Sequence record: MW269952.1
Strand: one strand, 5' to 3'
DNA: 64,000 nucleotides
DNA from: Escherichia phage P479
How positions within the stretch are numbered: the stretch's first letter is position 1; every line of letters starts with the position of its first letter. Below, one piece after another: positions 25,355 through 34,772 of the stretch. Position numbers and translations under genes: made by a program. The notes under the pieces are model-generated. The model was not told where the DNA came from. It ran no database searches and saw nothing but the letters and a program-made list of their open reading frames with translations.

Positions 25355-27589
25355 ATGATTTTAGAAACTGAAAAGGAAACAATCCTTGGTAATGGTGCCA
25401 AGGCATCAGCATTCACAATCCAGGCATCTCCGAAGGTGTTTAAGATTCTGACCAGCGACCTTTATACAAACAAGGTGCGCGCGGTTGTCCGTGAGCTGAT
25501 TACCAATATGATTGATGCTCATATGCTCAATGGCTGTCAGGATAAATTCATTGTGCAAGCTCCTGGTGAACTGGACCCACGTTTTGTATGTCGTGACTTT
25601 GGTCCGGGTATGAGTGATTTCCAGATTCGTGGTGATGAAAATACCCCAGGTCTGTATAACAGTTTCTTTGCATCATCCAAGGCAGAATCCAATGATTTTA
25701 TTGGTGGCTTTGGTCTGGGTTCTAAATCTCCGTTTAGTTATACAGAGACGTTTAGCCTGATTTCATATCATGATGGACAAGTTAATGGTTATGTCGCTTA
25801 TATGGACGGCGATGGTCCACAGATTAAGCCAACCTTTAGCGAACCAATGAAACCTGGTGACCGGACGGGGATTGAAGTTGTTGTCCCGGTTGATAGTAAT
25901 GATTTTGGTAAGTTCCGCCACGAGATTGCATATATCATGCGCCCATTTGCCGGACTGGCTGAAGTACAAGGCGTAGGCGAAATTAATTACTTCCCAGAAT
26001 TTGATGATTATTATGCTCCAGCGCGTATTGATTATAGCAGCCCAGAACGTTATGGACTTTATGCAATTTATGGTGGAATTGTTTATCCGATTGGTGATGG
26101 TTATACAAAGAAAACCTGGATGACTGCCAAAAATGATGTTGTCTTTATTAAGTTCCCGATGGGTTCGCTGGATATTGCACCTTCTCGCGAAGCGTTATCA
26201 CTGGACAAACGTACGGTCGCAAATATCGTTGAACGTATTGAAGCCCTTGATAAGAAAGTCATGGAAGATGATTGTAAGAAATGGCAGGAATCAGAATGTA
26301 TCCGCCATACGTATCGCGAATTGCAGAGTCTGAGTTATGAAGCTCGTAATTTTCTGAAAGCTCGTAATGCTGAAACGAAATTTACAAAATCACAATTGAC
26401 TTTTAACCAGATGTACGAAATGTTCGAGCTGGACAAAGACCTTATTAATGCCGGGGTTGTCTATGATATCTATAGCACCACCCGTCTGAAACGTCTGCGT
26501 AACTCAAGCTCGAACACGAATACTGCAAGCCTGACAAGCATGTTTGGTATTCATAATGATACCTTGAATATTGTTATTGACGATGCTAAAGGGCGAATTG
26601 CGATGATTCGTGGTATCAGTTCAATGCTGTATGACACCAGCGCGAAAGCCAAAAAGCTCAAAGCATCTGGTAAAGTCCCGACTGTACAAGGTAGCAGTCT
26701 ATTGTTCGTTGACCCAACCAGCGAAATTCAAACACGTCTGATGGTTCAACTTCAAGAACGATTTAAAGGCGATACAGTTAATATCTATCGTACGTCTGAA
26801 CTGACCGCCCTTGTAAAAGACTGGATTCCGGTTGCGGACCCGAAAGAGCGTGTTAAGTCAAAGACTCCATCGGTGATTCGTTGGACTAAAACCAATGGTC
26901 GCTGGCAGTCTGTTGAAGAATTTACATGTGCAGCTGATGCAGAGGAAATCGATGGTTATGCTGTATTCATTAACCGCAGTAGCATTTCCCCGTTGAATCA
27001 AGAATATGGCACCACGACCTTCGGGACTCAAACATTATGCAAACTGGCAAACCTGTTGGAAATCAATGAATTCTGTGTTATTCGTCCACAGCTTCAGAAA
27101 AAGGTTACCAAGCTGGCACAGTGCGATTGTCTGATTGAAGCTGCAGTCAATCGTTATGTGGAATTGATTGATGCGGTTGATGTGGACCAGTACATTGCCG
27201 CTTCAAGCCGTTCGCGTTATTATATTCCTATCCTGTCTGAATATGCAGAACTGAATTTTATGTTCAAGTATTTTTATGCAAAAGACGTTCAGAAAGATGT
27301 GAATACTGACTATGCTGAACTAATGCAGTTCAATAAGTTCTTTGCTTATAACGCATATAACAGTGGAACAGTTGATAAGACCATGCAGGAAACTCTGGTC
27401 CTTTGCAATAAGATTTATGACGACCTGACCAAAAACGCTTCGGTAACAAGCGATAAAATGGTTTTTGAATTTGAAAAGAATCACCCGATTGTTTCACACT
27501 TTTTATATAACCGTAACGCTATGTCAACTGAACAAGTACAGAACGTTGCTCAAATCATGAAGGCCGTGGAAGCGGCCAATAAGGAATAA
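25355..27589 (+). CDS. rIIA: RIIA lysis-inhibition / exclusion-protection protein
   Basis: 744 aa; GHKL-like ELITNMIDAH; followed by rIIB. Confidence 0.88.
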   Translation: MILETEKETILGNGAKASAFTIQASPKVFKILTSDLYTNKVRAVVRELITNMIDAHMLNGCQDKFIVQAPGELDPRFVCRDFGPGMSDFQIRGDENTPGLYNSFFASSKAESNDFIGGFGLGSKSPFSYTETFSLISYHDGQVNGYVAYMDGDGPQIKPTFSEPMKPGDRTGIEVVVPVDSNDFGKFRHEIAYIMRPFAGLAEVQGVGEINYFPEFDDYYAPARIDYSSPERYGLYAIYGGIVYPIGDGYTKKTWMTAKNDVVFIKFPMGSLDIAPSREALSLDKRTVANIVERIEALDKKVMEDDCKKWQESECIRHTYRELQSLSYEARNFLKARNAETKFTKSQLTFNQMYEMFELDKDLINAGVVYDIYSTTRLKRLRNSSSNTNTASLTSMFGIHNDTLNIVIDDAKGRIAMIRGISSMLYDTSAKAKKLKASGKVPTVQGSSLLFVDPTSEIQTRLMVQLQERFKGDTVNIYRTSELTALVKDWIPVADPKERVKSKTPSVIRWTKTNGRWQSVEEFTCAADAEEIDGYAVFINRSSISPLNQEYGTTTFGTQTLCKLANLLEINEFCVIRPQLQKKVTKLAQCDCLIEAAVNRYVELIDAVDVDQYIAASSRSRYYIPILSEYAELNFMFKYFYAKDVQKDVNTDYAELMQFNKFFAYNAYNSGTVDKTMQETLVLCNKIYDDLTKNASVTSDKMVFEFEKNHPIVSHFLYNRNAMSTEQVQNVAQIMKAVEAANKE

Positions 27590-27590
27590 T

Positions 27591-28565
27591 ATGTTTAATA
27601 TTAAAGCTTTATCCAAATTTGACCAAAACCAGGTAGTTTCTCTTTATAAAACTGGTAATTATACCCAACAGGAACTAGCAGATAATTTCGGTGTATCGGT
27701 TGACACCATTCGCCGCGTTTTGAAAAATGATAAAGAATCAAAATTAGCTAAAACCATTTCTGCATCATTGAAAGCCGCTGTCGGGGTGGCGATTAATGCT
27801 CCAGTGACAGTAACGGTTGAAGTTCCGGTTGTTGAAGATACAATCGGCGGTAGCCGTCCAGAAATCGTATGGAACGCATCAAGCAAATTCGTTTCCATCA
27901 CTGAAGGTCGTACAGTCTGGAACGCAACAAAAGACCATAAACACTTTGATGATATTATTCAGGCATTGATTGAATTCCGTTATGAAGATGCTATCGAGTT
28001 TATTTCAATCAAAGCTGCAGTACAAAAATATGTGAAAGGCGATGTGCGTATTGAAGGTGGTAGTCTGTTCTATCAGGGAATTGAACTGCGCTCCGGCCTG
28101 GTTACTCGTATCATTGATTCAATGCAAAATGGCGAAGACTTTGAATTCTATCTGCCGTTCCTTGAGAATCTCCTTGAGAACCCGAGTGAGAAAGCTGTAC
28201 AGCGTTTGTTTGACTTCCTGGTTGCAAACGATATCGAAATCACCGAAGACGGTCATTTCATCGCATGGAAAATGGTTCGTTCAACCTACAAAGATTGCCA
28301 CTCAAACACATTCGACAACAGCCCTGGCCAATATGTTAAAATGCCGCGCTCTCGTGTGAATGACAATGACGAACAGACCTGTTCAACTGGGCTGCACGTT
28401 TGTTCTAAAGGTTATATCGGAAGTGGCTTTGGCCATGGTGATGGCCGCATCGTATCCTGTAAAGTTCACCCGCGTGATGTTGTAAGTATCCCGGTGGATT
28501 ATGGGGATAGTAAGATGAGGGTCTGTGGTTACCTGGTTCTTGATGATGTAACTGAACAATTCTAA
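27591..28565 (+). CDS. rIIB: RIIB protein
   Basis: 324 aa directly after rIIA (T4 rIIB 312 aa). Confidence 0.8.
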   Translation: MFNIKALSKFDQNQVVSLYKTGNYTQQELADNFGVSVDTIRRVLKNDKESKLAKTISASLKAAVGVAINAPVTVTVEVPVVEDTIGGSRPEIVWNASSKFVSITEGRTVWNATKDHKHFDDIIQALIEFRYEDAIEFISIKAAVQKYVKGDVRIEGGSLFYQGIELRSGLVTRIIDSMQNGEDFEFYLPFLENLLENPSEKAVQRLFDFLVANDIEITEDGHFIAWKMVRSTYKDCHSNTFDNSPGQYVKMPRSRVNDNDEQTCSTGLHVCSKGYIGSGFGHGDGRIVSCKVHPRDVVSIPVDYGDSKMRVCGYLVLDDVTEQF

Positions 28566-28573
28566 ATTAATCG

Positions 28574-28587
28574 GGGCTTCGGCCCCT
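28574..28587 (+). other. GC stem-loop with UUCG loop after rIIB (no T tract)
   Basis: GGGGC-TTCG-GCCCC followed by RBS of the next ORF. Confidence 0.4.
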
Positions 28588-28598
28588 AATGAGGCTTT

Positions 28599-28796
28599 AT
28601 GTTAGGTTTCCAAGCACGTGCAGTTGAAGAACATGACCAGCTGGTTTTGAAAATCAATGCTCTTGAAGAATTTATTAAGGGCGGTGTTTTTGAAACTCTC
28701 GATGCTCGTCAACAAGGTCTTTTGATTGCCCAGTTAGACGCGATGGGCGCATATGCTCATGTACTGGCAACTCGTATCTCTTATTTTGGTGAATAA
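28599..28796 (+). CDS. hypothetical protein (65 aa)
   Basis: ORF after stem-loop, RBS TGAGG. Confidence 0.5.
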   Translation: MLGFQARAVEEHDQLVLKINALEEFIKGGVFETLDARQQGLLIAQLDAMGAYAHVLATRISYFGE

Positions 28797-28799
28797 ATT

Positions 28800-29069
28800 A
28801 TGATTAAGCATTTCAATGTGTCAGACCGTGACATCAAAGTTTCAAATCTCCGGGGTCATCATTATGCAGGAATAGTTTACTGCGGTAAGCTCATCAAGCA
28901 TGAAGGTGATGTTCACTATGGTTGGTTGGAATGTGATGAAGTAGTTGTTGGGGAATTCCCTGACCCGGATTCTGATACATTTGATGCTCATGACCGTTTG
29001 TATTATGGCGAGCTTCACATCCGTGGAATCGTCGGTATCGATGAGGTCGTAAATGATTCAGAAGAGTAA
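28800..29069 (+). CDS. hypothetical protein (89 aa)
   Basis: ORF. Confidence 0.5.
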   Translation: MIKHFNVSDRDIKVSNLRGHHYAGIVYCGKLIKHEGDVHYGWLECDEVVVGEFPDPDSDTFDAHDRLYYGELHIRGIVGIDEVVNDSEE

Positions 29070-29646
29070 AACATGGGAGCATCTGAAAAAGATGCCCTCC
29101 TTTCTTTATACAAAGGAAGACTTAAACCCCGAATCCCTGCAGAAGATTGTAGATACTGCCAGGTATTCATTGCGTAAAGACCCAGGTCAGGACCGTGAGC
29201 AAGTCATGCAAAGATGCATGGTTGCTACAATGGCTGAACAAGCTATTGCTAAATGGACCTCCGGTTTTTTATGTGGCGGCGATGAAGATTACGATAATCC
29301 TTACTCCTTTGCATTTGATGTAGTTTCGAAGGAAGGGGTAAGAATCGAAGTCAAGACCCACCAGTCTGGTTCCAAATGGATATCCGTGCATACTGGCCAC
29401 CAGGGCGATTATCCGCATGGTTACGGGATTAATCTTGGGCCATTTATGCAGCACAAGCTTGCTGACCTTATGATTATGCTCGATGTAAAAGAGACTCACA
29501 AAGGTTATAGATTTAAACCAAAATTCCTTGCTGGGCCTGGTGCTTTCGTTCCTGAGTCTGGTCTTGTGCAGAAGTCACAAGGGGATGGTTGGTACCTCCG
29601 TTCTTGTTCAGAAGAAAAATTTCCCTATCACCGGTTTACAAGCTGA
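29053..29646 (+). CDS. putative PD-(D/E)xK-type nuclease (197 aa)
   Basis: FDVVSKEGVRIEVKT resembles a D...E-x-K core; occupies the T4 denB position. Confidence 0.35.
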   Translation: MIQKSKTWEHLKKMPSFLYTKEDLNPESLQKIVDTARYSLRKDPGQDREQVMQRCMVATMAEQAIAKWTSGFLCGGDEDYDNPYSFAFDVVSKEGVRIEVKTHQSGSKWISVHTGHQGDYPHGYGINLGPFMQHKLADLMIMLDVKETHKGYRFKPKFLAGPGAFVPESGLVQKSQGDGWYLRSCSEEKFPYHRFTS

Positions 29647-29693
29647 ACCAACTGTGTAATAATGTCCTCATACCAACAAATGAGGACATTATC

Positions 29694-29969
29694 ATGGAAC
29701 ACGTTACTACTCACAACATCAAACAAATTCTTATCCAAGCACTCAAAAACAACAACATCAATTTTCCAACTCATGAAATTTTTGATGTAACATTCAACGA
29801 AGTCCAGGGTCAAGTTGCATATTATGACGTTATTGTTTATCTTTCAGAATTTGAAGTCTACCACCTGACTGAAATTGCTTTATATCTCTATCGCGGGACT
29901 GCAGATTTTACTGGGGTTGTGAATGCGGTTGGTGCATATAAAGAAGTTAAAGAACAAATGCACAATTAA
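29694..29969 (+). CDS. hypothetical protein (91 aa)
   Basis: In-frame ATG after a 10-bp hairpin. Confidence 0.45.
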   Translation: MEHVTTHNIKQILIQALKNNNINFPTHEIFDVTFNEVQGQVAYYDVIVYLSEFEVYHLTEIALYLYRGTADFTGVVNAVGAYKEVKEQMHN

Positions 29970-30044
29970 AAAGTAGTGTACATCAGTATGGAGTCAGTGC
30001 ATAATGGCTTCATACTGAGTTACCAAACAGTCTGGAGAAACAAA
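29968..30044 (+). promoter_or_regulatory. early promoter cassette
   Basis: AAAAGTAGTGTACA; CATAAT 30000-30005; box TCATACTGAGTTAC; RBS GGAGAAA. Confidence 0.6.
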
Positions 30045-30308
30045 ATGAAATTTAAATTTTACTATGTCAAGCATAAAGTTACTGGGGAATTTGTTGCATC
30101 CGCGACCTTTGTCACCGGCGAAGGCGATACATACACCACAATGTTTTTATCAAAATGGGAATCAGACCAACCATATCTGTCAACTCGCGAAGACCTTCAA
30201 CGTTTGATTGATGGGCAATATAATAATTCCTGGTCCATTGATGTGTATAAATGTATTCAACATGCAATTGTTGAAAATCAACTTGAAATCATTGAGGTGG
30301 AATTGTGA
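30045..30308 (+). CDS. hypothetical protein (87 aa)
   Basis: ATG after RBS GGAGAAACAAA; track start 29976 is a GTG inside the promoter. Confidence 0.5.
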   Translation: MKFKFYYVKHKVTGEFVASATFVTGEGDTYTTMFLSKWESDQPYLSTREDLQRLIDGQYNNSWSIDVYKCIQHAIVENQLEIIEVEL

Positions 30309-30391
30309 GCAGCAGAACCTGGTGTTTTATCTGGATGTTGTGCATCCCAGTAATTTGTGTTTGTTTTAGTTTATTATTATTGAAACTTGCA

Positions 30392-30453
30392 TAAAAGAGT
30401 GTACATCTCCGGTGGTTGTAGTATAATGAACCTATCAACTACTGGAGATGATT
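30392..30453 (+). promoter_or_regulatory. early promoter cassette
   Basis: GTGTACA 30399-30405, 17 bp, TATAAT 30422-30427; box CCTATCAACTACTGGAG. Confidence 0.6.
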
Positions 30454-30564
30454 ATGAAAAAGTTACTTAAAGCCATTTGGAACATGTTTGTACTGTTTGT
30501 TGTCCTGAGCATTTTCCCAATTGTTTTTATGATTGACCATGTGCGTGTTTACTTTAACTTCTGA
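30454..30564 (+). CDS. small membrane protein (36 aa)
   Basis: RBS GGAGATGATT; hydrophobic; hand-translated. Confidence 0.35.
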   Translation: MKKLLKAIWNMFVLFVVLSIFPIVFMIDHVRVYFNF

Positions 30565-30574
30565 GGAAAATATT

Positions 30575-30721
30575 ATGGGTAATCGAATTTATAAAGTAAA
30601 GCTGCATGGTAAAGTGATTAAAACCCTTAGCTTTAATGCTTATATCAGTGCTGATTGTGCTCGTGATATCCTCATTGAGGAAGGTTATAGCAAATACATT
30701 CAAATTGAAGAAATTCTTTAA
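30575..30721 (+). CDS. hypothetical protein (48 aa)
   Basis: Preceded by CTGAGGAAAATATTATG. Confidence 0.4.
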   Translation: MGNRIYKVKLHGKVIKTLSFNAYISADCARDILIEEGYSKYIQIEEIL

Positions 30722-30738
30722 TTACTGAGGAAAATATT

Positions 30739-30942
30739 ATGAAACTTTTTAAAGATGTGGTAGTCGGTGAGAGCTTTGTATTGCATAATGGCCAACAACT
30801 GATTCGTATTTCTCCTTTGCAAGTTGGGACCGAATTACAACCTGTTAATGCTACAGACCTCAATGATTCAACTAAGCGTTTTTGCGTAGGTCCTAGTGTA
30901 CAGTGTCTTACTGTTGATGAACTGATGGCTATTTCTGAATAA
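30739..30942 (+). CDS. hypothetical protein (67 aa)
   Basis: Preceded by the same CTGAGGAAAATATTATG context. Confidence 0.45.
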   Translation: MKLFKDVVVGESFVLHNGQQLIRISPLQVGTELQPVNATDLNDSTKRFCVGPSVQCLTVDELMAISE

Positions 30943-30952
30943 GGAAAATATT

Positions 30953-31297
30953 ATGTCTAAAGTATTTTTTGGTAATCGCAACATTATGTTCTTTAAACAG
31001 ATTAGCATATCAGAAGCATTTGATTTAAGTTATTCAGGTGGTACAAAAGCTGTTAGCCTTAAAAATTTGATGTCTGCAGAATTTGCATTCTATCAGGACC
31101 CTGAAACTGGTTTCTACAAATTTATTAAGTTCCGCATGACTATGGACCGCGATTATCGTGACGTTTATTATACAAGTTATGAAAGTGTTATCAATGCAAT
31201 TCGTGAAGCTTATGGATTGGATTCGTTGTCTCTTGACCGCCTGTACAATGCAAGCCTTTACACCAGCGGATTTATTTTAGAACAGCTTCAAAAATAG
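30953..31297 (+). CDS. hypothetical protein (114 aa)
   Basis: Preceded by AAGGAAAATATTATG. Confidence 0.5.
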   Translation: MSKVFFGNRNIMFFKQISISEAFDLSYSGGTKAVSLKNLMSAEFAFYQDPETGFYKFIKFRMTMDRDYRDVYYTSYESVINAIREAYGLDSLSLDRLYNASLYTSGFILEQLQK

Positions 31298-31370
31298 TGT
31301 ACAAACTCTTGGGGTCAGAGTATAATGACCCCACTGGAGCACAAAACTTTAACTTATTGAGGAAATTAAT
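31296..31370 (+). promoter_or_regulatory. early promoter plus stem-loop cassette (44-bp repeat copy 2)
   Basis: AGTGTACAAACTCTTGGGGTCAGAGTATAATGACCCCACTGGAG; 43/44 identical to 20275-20318. Confidence 0.65.
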
Positions 31371-31820
31371 ATGTCTACTTACATGACCCGTCGTGACGTA
31401 CTGAATGCTGGCGCTACTACTGTTGCTTACATCCATAATGGTAATTATGTTGCAGGGCGCCCAACTAAAGAAGCTGTCACTCAACCAGGTTTTTATTTCG
31501 TGGTTAAAGGCGAAGGCGAATCACGTATTGTTGCTGCACGTTTTTATGTTGGTAACCAACGTTCACAACAAGGGTTTGACACTGTATTAAGTCACATCCG
31601 CAAACAACGTTCACAACTGTCGCGCACAATGGCGAACAATGGTGTTATCTATGAAGTCCTGTTTGTTCCAGTTTCTAAAATGAAACCTTTGACAACTGGT
31701 TATGGTAAAGGTCAAATTGCGATGGCGTTCACACGCTCACATAGTTCTGATTGTCAGACCCTTTCAGAAATGAATCGCATGCTTGCTGATAACTTTAAAT
31801 TCATTCTACAGAGCTATTAA
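31371..31820 (+). CDS. ndd: Ndd-like nucleoid disruption protein
   Basis: 149 aa (T4 Ndd ~151 aa); [10 protein letters not shown] and [11 protein letters not shown] recalled as Ndd-like; between rIIB and 52. Confidence 0.5.
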   Translation: MSTYMTRRDVLNAGATTVAYIHNGNYVAGRPTKEAVTQPGFYFVVKGEGESRIVAARFYVGNQRSQQGFDTVLSHIRKQRSQLSRTMANNGVIYEVLFVPVSKMKPLTTGYGKGQIAMAFTRSHSSDCQTLSEMNRMLADNFKFILQSY

Positions 31821-31909
31821 TATGAGTAATTTCCATAATGAACATGTGATGCAATGGCATCGTCATAATCTGAAATTAACTGGCGTCTTTGGACGCCTGT
31901 GAGGAAAAT

Positions 31910-32074
31910 ATGCAATCAGTTTTTACTTTTATCTGGCTTGTAGCTGTTATCGTTGCTGTGACTCTTTTTGCTACAGGTGTATGGGTCCCAAGTACTCTTT
32001 TTGCAGGATTTATTTGCACATGGTTTGTACTGGATGCCTTAGTCAAATTTCTGGAATCAGCGGTTAATAAATGA
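31910..32074 (+). CDS. small membrane protein (54 aa)
   Basis: RBS GAGGAAAATATG; two hydrophobic segments. Confidence 0.45.
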   Translation: MQSVFTFIWLVAVIVAVTLFATGVWVPSTLFAGFICTWFVLDALVKFLESAVNK

Positions 32075-32211
32075 TTAAGAAAATCTTGGGCTACTCGTTA
32101 GCCCTTGCTACCTTATTGGTAGCGCTGTATTATGGAGTTATGTTTGCATTAGTGCAGGTTGTGCTTTTTATTTCTGATGCTATAATGGCAGTACATTCAC
32201 TGATATGGTAA
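32071..32211 (+). CDS. small membrane protein (46 aa)
   Basis: ATGA-coupled; hydrophobic; hand-translated. Confidence 0.35.
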   Translation: MIKKILGYSLALATLLVALYYGVMFALVQVVLFISDAIMAVHSLIW

Positions 32212-32215
32212 AAAT

Positions 32216-33547
32216 ATGCAACTGAATAAACGTGATTTAAAAGACATTATTGATGTGGAAGCATTGTCATATGCTATCTACACTGTGGAAGGTCGTGCCA
32301 TCCCAAACATGATTGATGGTTTTAAACCAGTTCACAGATTTGTTATGGCGAGAGCATTAGACCTGGCTCGTGGTGATAAGAATAAATTCCATAAGGTTGC
32401 ATCCATCGCAGGTGGCGTAGCTGATTATGGTTATCACCACGGCGAAGCATCAGCGGAAGAAGCAACTTCTGGTTTGGTCGCAACATATAAAAATGAATAC
32501 CCCATGTTTGATGGACAAGGCAACTTTGGTTCCAGAATGGTGCCAGAAGCATCATCAGCTCGTTATGTATTCGCAAGGGTTTCAAAGAACTTTTATAACT
32601 TGTTTAAGGATACAGAATATGCTCCGGTCCATCCTGATGAAGAACATAAGCCTCCTGCTTTTTATCTTCCTGTTATTCCTACTGTATTACTTAACGCCAC
32701 TTCTGGGATTGCTGTTGGCTTCGCTACTGATATTCTTCCTCATTCGTTCCAGGACGTCAAGGAAGCTGTTAAAGCTATCGTGGAAGGTCGTGAGCCGGTT
32801 GCTCCGAAAGTAAAATATCCAGAATTCCGTGGTGAAGTTGTTGAGTTGGAAGAGCCTGGTAAGTATGAGCTTCACGGCACGTACAAAATGACCTCCAGGA
32901 CTCAAATGGAAATTACTGAAATCCCGGTCCAATGGAACCTGGAAAAGTATACAAGTAAAATTCTGGACCCGCTGGAAGAGAAAGGTTTTATCACCTGGAA
33001 AGATAACTGCGGCGAGCATGGTTTTGGGTTTAAGATTAAATTCCGCAAAGAATACAAGTTGGATGGTACCGAAGAAGAGAATCATGAGAAAATCATGAAA
33101 GACTTTGGTCTGATTGAGAAGCTCTCCCAGAATTTAACGGTGCTTAATCACAAAGGCAAATTGGCTGAATACACCAACACGCTTGACCTGATTCGCGATT
33201 TCGTTGATGTCCGTAAGACTTATGTTCAAGTGCGAATTGACAGTAAGATTAAAGAAACTGAAGCCGCGTTTAAACTGGCCCGGGCAAAAGTCTTCTTTAT
33301 TAAAGAAGTGATTGATGGTAAGGTTGTTATCCAGGGGAAACCTCGTAAGAAGTTGATTGAGGAGCTCCAGGCGAGTGAAATATATGGCGATTATGCAGAG
33401 AAGTTAGTGGCGATGAACATCTACCATATGACCTCTGATGAAGCCAAAAAGCTTGCAGATGAAGCAAAGGCTAAGAAAGCTGAGCATGAGTACTGGAAGA
33501 CAACTGATGTTAAAACTGAATACCTTAATGATTTGGAGGCTCTATGA
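32216..33547 (+). CDS. 52: DNA topoisomerase II medium subunit gp52
   Basis: 443 aa (T4 gp52 442 aa); GyrA-like N-terminus. Confidence 0.88.
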   Translation: MQLNKRDLKDIIDVEALSYAIYTVEGRAIPNMIDGFKPVHRFVMARALDLARGDKNKFHKVASIAGGVADYGYHHGEASAEEATSGLVATYKNEYPMFDGQGNFGSRMVPEASSARYVFARVSKNFYNLFKDTEYAPVHPDEEHKPPAFYLPVIPTVLLNATSGIAVGFATDILPHSFQDVKEAVKAIVEGREPVAPKVKYPEFRGEVVELEEPGKYELHGTYKMTSRTQMEITEIPVQWNLEKYTSKILDPLEEKGFITWKDNCGEHGFGFKIKFRKEYKLDGTEEENHEKIMKDFGLIEKLSQNLTVLNHKGKLAEYTNTLDLIRDFVDVRKTYVQVRIDSKIKETEAAFKLARAKVFFIKEVIDGKVVIQGKPRKKLIEELQASEIYGDYAEKLVAMNIYHMTSDEAKKLADEAKAKKAEHEYWKTTDVKTEYLNDLEAL

Positions 33548-33642
33548 GTTTTGGAGTTGAGTTTGCATTGCTTTGTATTTTCGCGGCAATCGCAGGTGTG
33601 ATTGTTGGTATGTTTATTGGTAATAAGATAGATAAAGACTAG
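33544..33642 (+). CDS. tiny membrane peptide (32 aa)
   Basis: ATGA overlap with gp52 stop; single TM; terminator follows. Confidence 0.3.
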   Translation: MSFGVEFALLCIFAAIAGVIVGMFIGNKIDKD

Positions 33643-33665
33643 GACCCTTCGGGGTCCTTTTTTAT
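33641..33665 (+). terminator. intrinsic terminator (after gene 52 operon)
   Basis: AGGACCC-TTCG-GGGTCCT then TTTTTT. Confidence 0.75.
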
Positions 33666-33669
33666 TTTA

Positions 33670-33756
33670 AAAAAGTAGTGTACAATCCCCTTGACCTGAT
33701 GCATAATGATTCCATACTGAGTTACACAATGAATCACAAAAACTTTGGAGAATAAA
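33670..33756 (+). promoter_or_regulatory. early promoter cassette
   Basis: AAAAAGTAGTGTACA; CATAAT 33702-33707; box CCATACTGAGTTACACAAT. Confidence 0.6.
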
Positions 33757-33972
33757 ATGTTTACTGCACAACAGAATGAAGGTCAAGAATACATTAACGC
33801 TAAATTCAAATCCAATAAAGAAGCTTGCTATTATTACTTTGACATGTTCAAGCTGGCAAACTCTAAAGAAGAACGTAAACAAGCGATTGATGTGATTGTT
33901 TCTACTTCCCATATGAAACGTACTGTGGTACAATCATATGCATCAAATTATATGAAATCTATTAAGGGATAA
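33757..33972 (+). CDS. hypothetical protein (71 aa)
   Basis: ATG after RBS GGAGAATAAA; track start is an upstream TTG. Confidence 0.5.
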   Translation: MFTAQQNEGQEYINAKFKSNKEACYYYFDMFKLANSKEERKQAIDVIVSTSHMKRTVVQSYASNYMKSIKG

Positions 33973-33974
33973 TT

Positions 33975-34583
33975 GTGAACAAGTTAAATTATATCGTTAA
34001 ATGCTCCCAGAACACGCTGCATGAGACTGATGTCAATGCTCTGGTGTTTGTATACAAAAACAACTTCGTGCGTCCAGAGGTTGTTTTAGACCAGCAGAAC
34101 ACATCAATTGATAGCATACAGACCTTGTTGAATAACAACTATGTTGAAGCTTCTGGTGATGGTTTGATGGTTACAGAAAAAGGCGTTGACCTTATTCTGG
34201 ATGCAGCTGAACTTTGGGCAAATGAAAATAATCCTGACCTTCTGGAAGTGAAGAAGACAAGAACAAAACGCGGTGTGACTGATGAAATGGAAGCGACTGC
34301 AGAATATATCAAAGAGCAATTGTTGTCTATTGGTATTGACTTTAAGAGCATTTCAGAAGACCGCAGCAATCTGATTGTGAAGTTCAAACGTATCAAGACA
34401 TTAAAACAGATTGATGTACGTCGTGATGGTCAGATTCGTGTGCATGCGTATAATACTGAACAAAAGATAGTAAAACAGTTTACAGACGTGGGATTTAGCG
34501 TTAAAGTAGGTGGATTGAATAACTACATTGACAACGTTATGTCAACTGAAAACATTCAACATGTTATTAACATCTTAAAGTGA
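33975..34583 (+). CDS. motA: MotA-like middle-transcription activator (tentative)
   Basis: 202 aa, GTG start; SGDGL segment and size/position (between 52 and asiA) as T4 MotA. Confidence 0.4.
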   Translation: MNKLNYIVKCSQNTLHETDVNALVFVYKNNFVRPEVVLDQQNTSIDSIQTLLNNNYVEASGDGLMVTEKGVDLILDAAELWANENNPDLLEVKKTRTKRGVTDEMEATAEYIKEQLLSIGIDFKSISEDRSNLIVKFKRIKTLKQIDVRRDGQIRVHAYNTEQKIVKQFTDVGFSVKVGGLNNYIDNVMSTENIQHVINILK

Positions 34584-34593
34584 GGAAATTATT

Positions 34594-34770
34594 ATGAACA
34601 TCTATCTGATTAAGTACTTAAAAGATGGTAAAGAACGTGATTACCAAATCCCCGCAAAAAATGAATATGATGCGTGCGTTCGCCTTGGTCAGATTCATGG
34701 CGATGACCGTGAATATCGCGATGATGTTGAAATTGAAATCCAATCTGTAACTTTGAAAGTGAGAGGCTAA
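34594..34770 (+). CDS. hypothetical protein (58 aa)
   Basis: RBS TGAGGAAATTATTATG; hand-translated. Confidence 0.4.
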   Translation: MNIYLIKYLKDGKERDYQIPAKNEYDACVRLGQIHGDDREYRDDVEIEIQSVTLKVRG

Positions 34771-34772
34771 TT

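Noticed and set aside
30305-30394. GTG-initiated 29-codon hydrophobic ORF overlapping the stop of the 30045 ORF
   Set aside because: No RBS, GTG start and very short; cannot be supported from sequence alone.
31821-31901. Tiny 26-codon ORF after the Ndd-like gene
   Set aside because: It is mostly a GC hairpin (GGCGTCtttgGACGCC) and the RBS of the next gene; more likely a structural element than a gene.
32343-33085. Overlapping ORFs on both strands inside gene 52
   Set aside because: Alternative frames of a confidently assigned topoisomerase gene.
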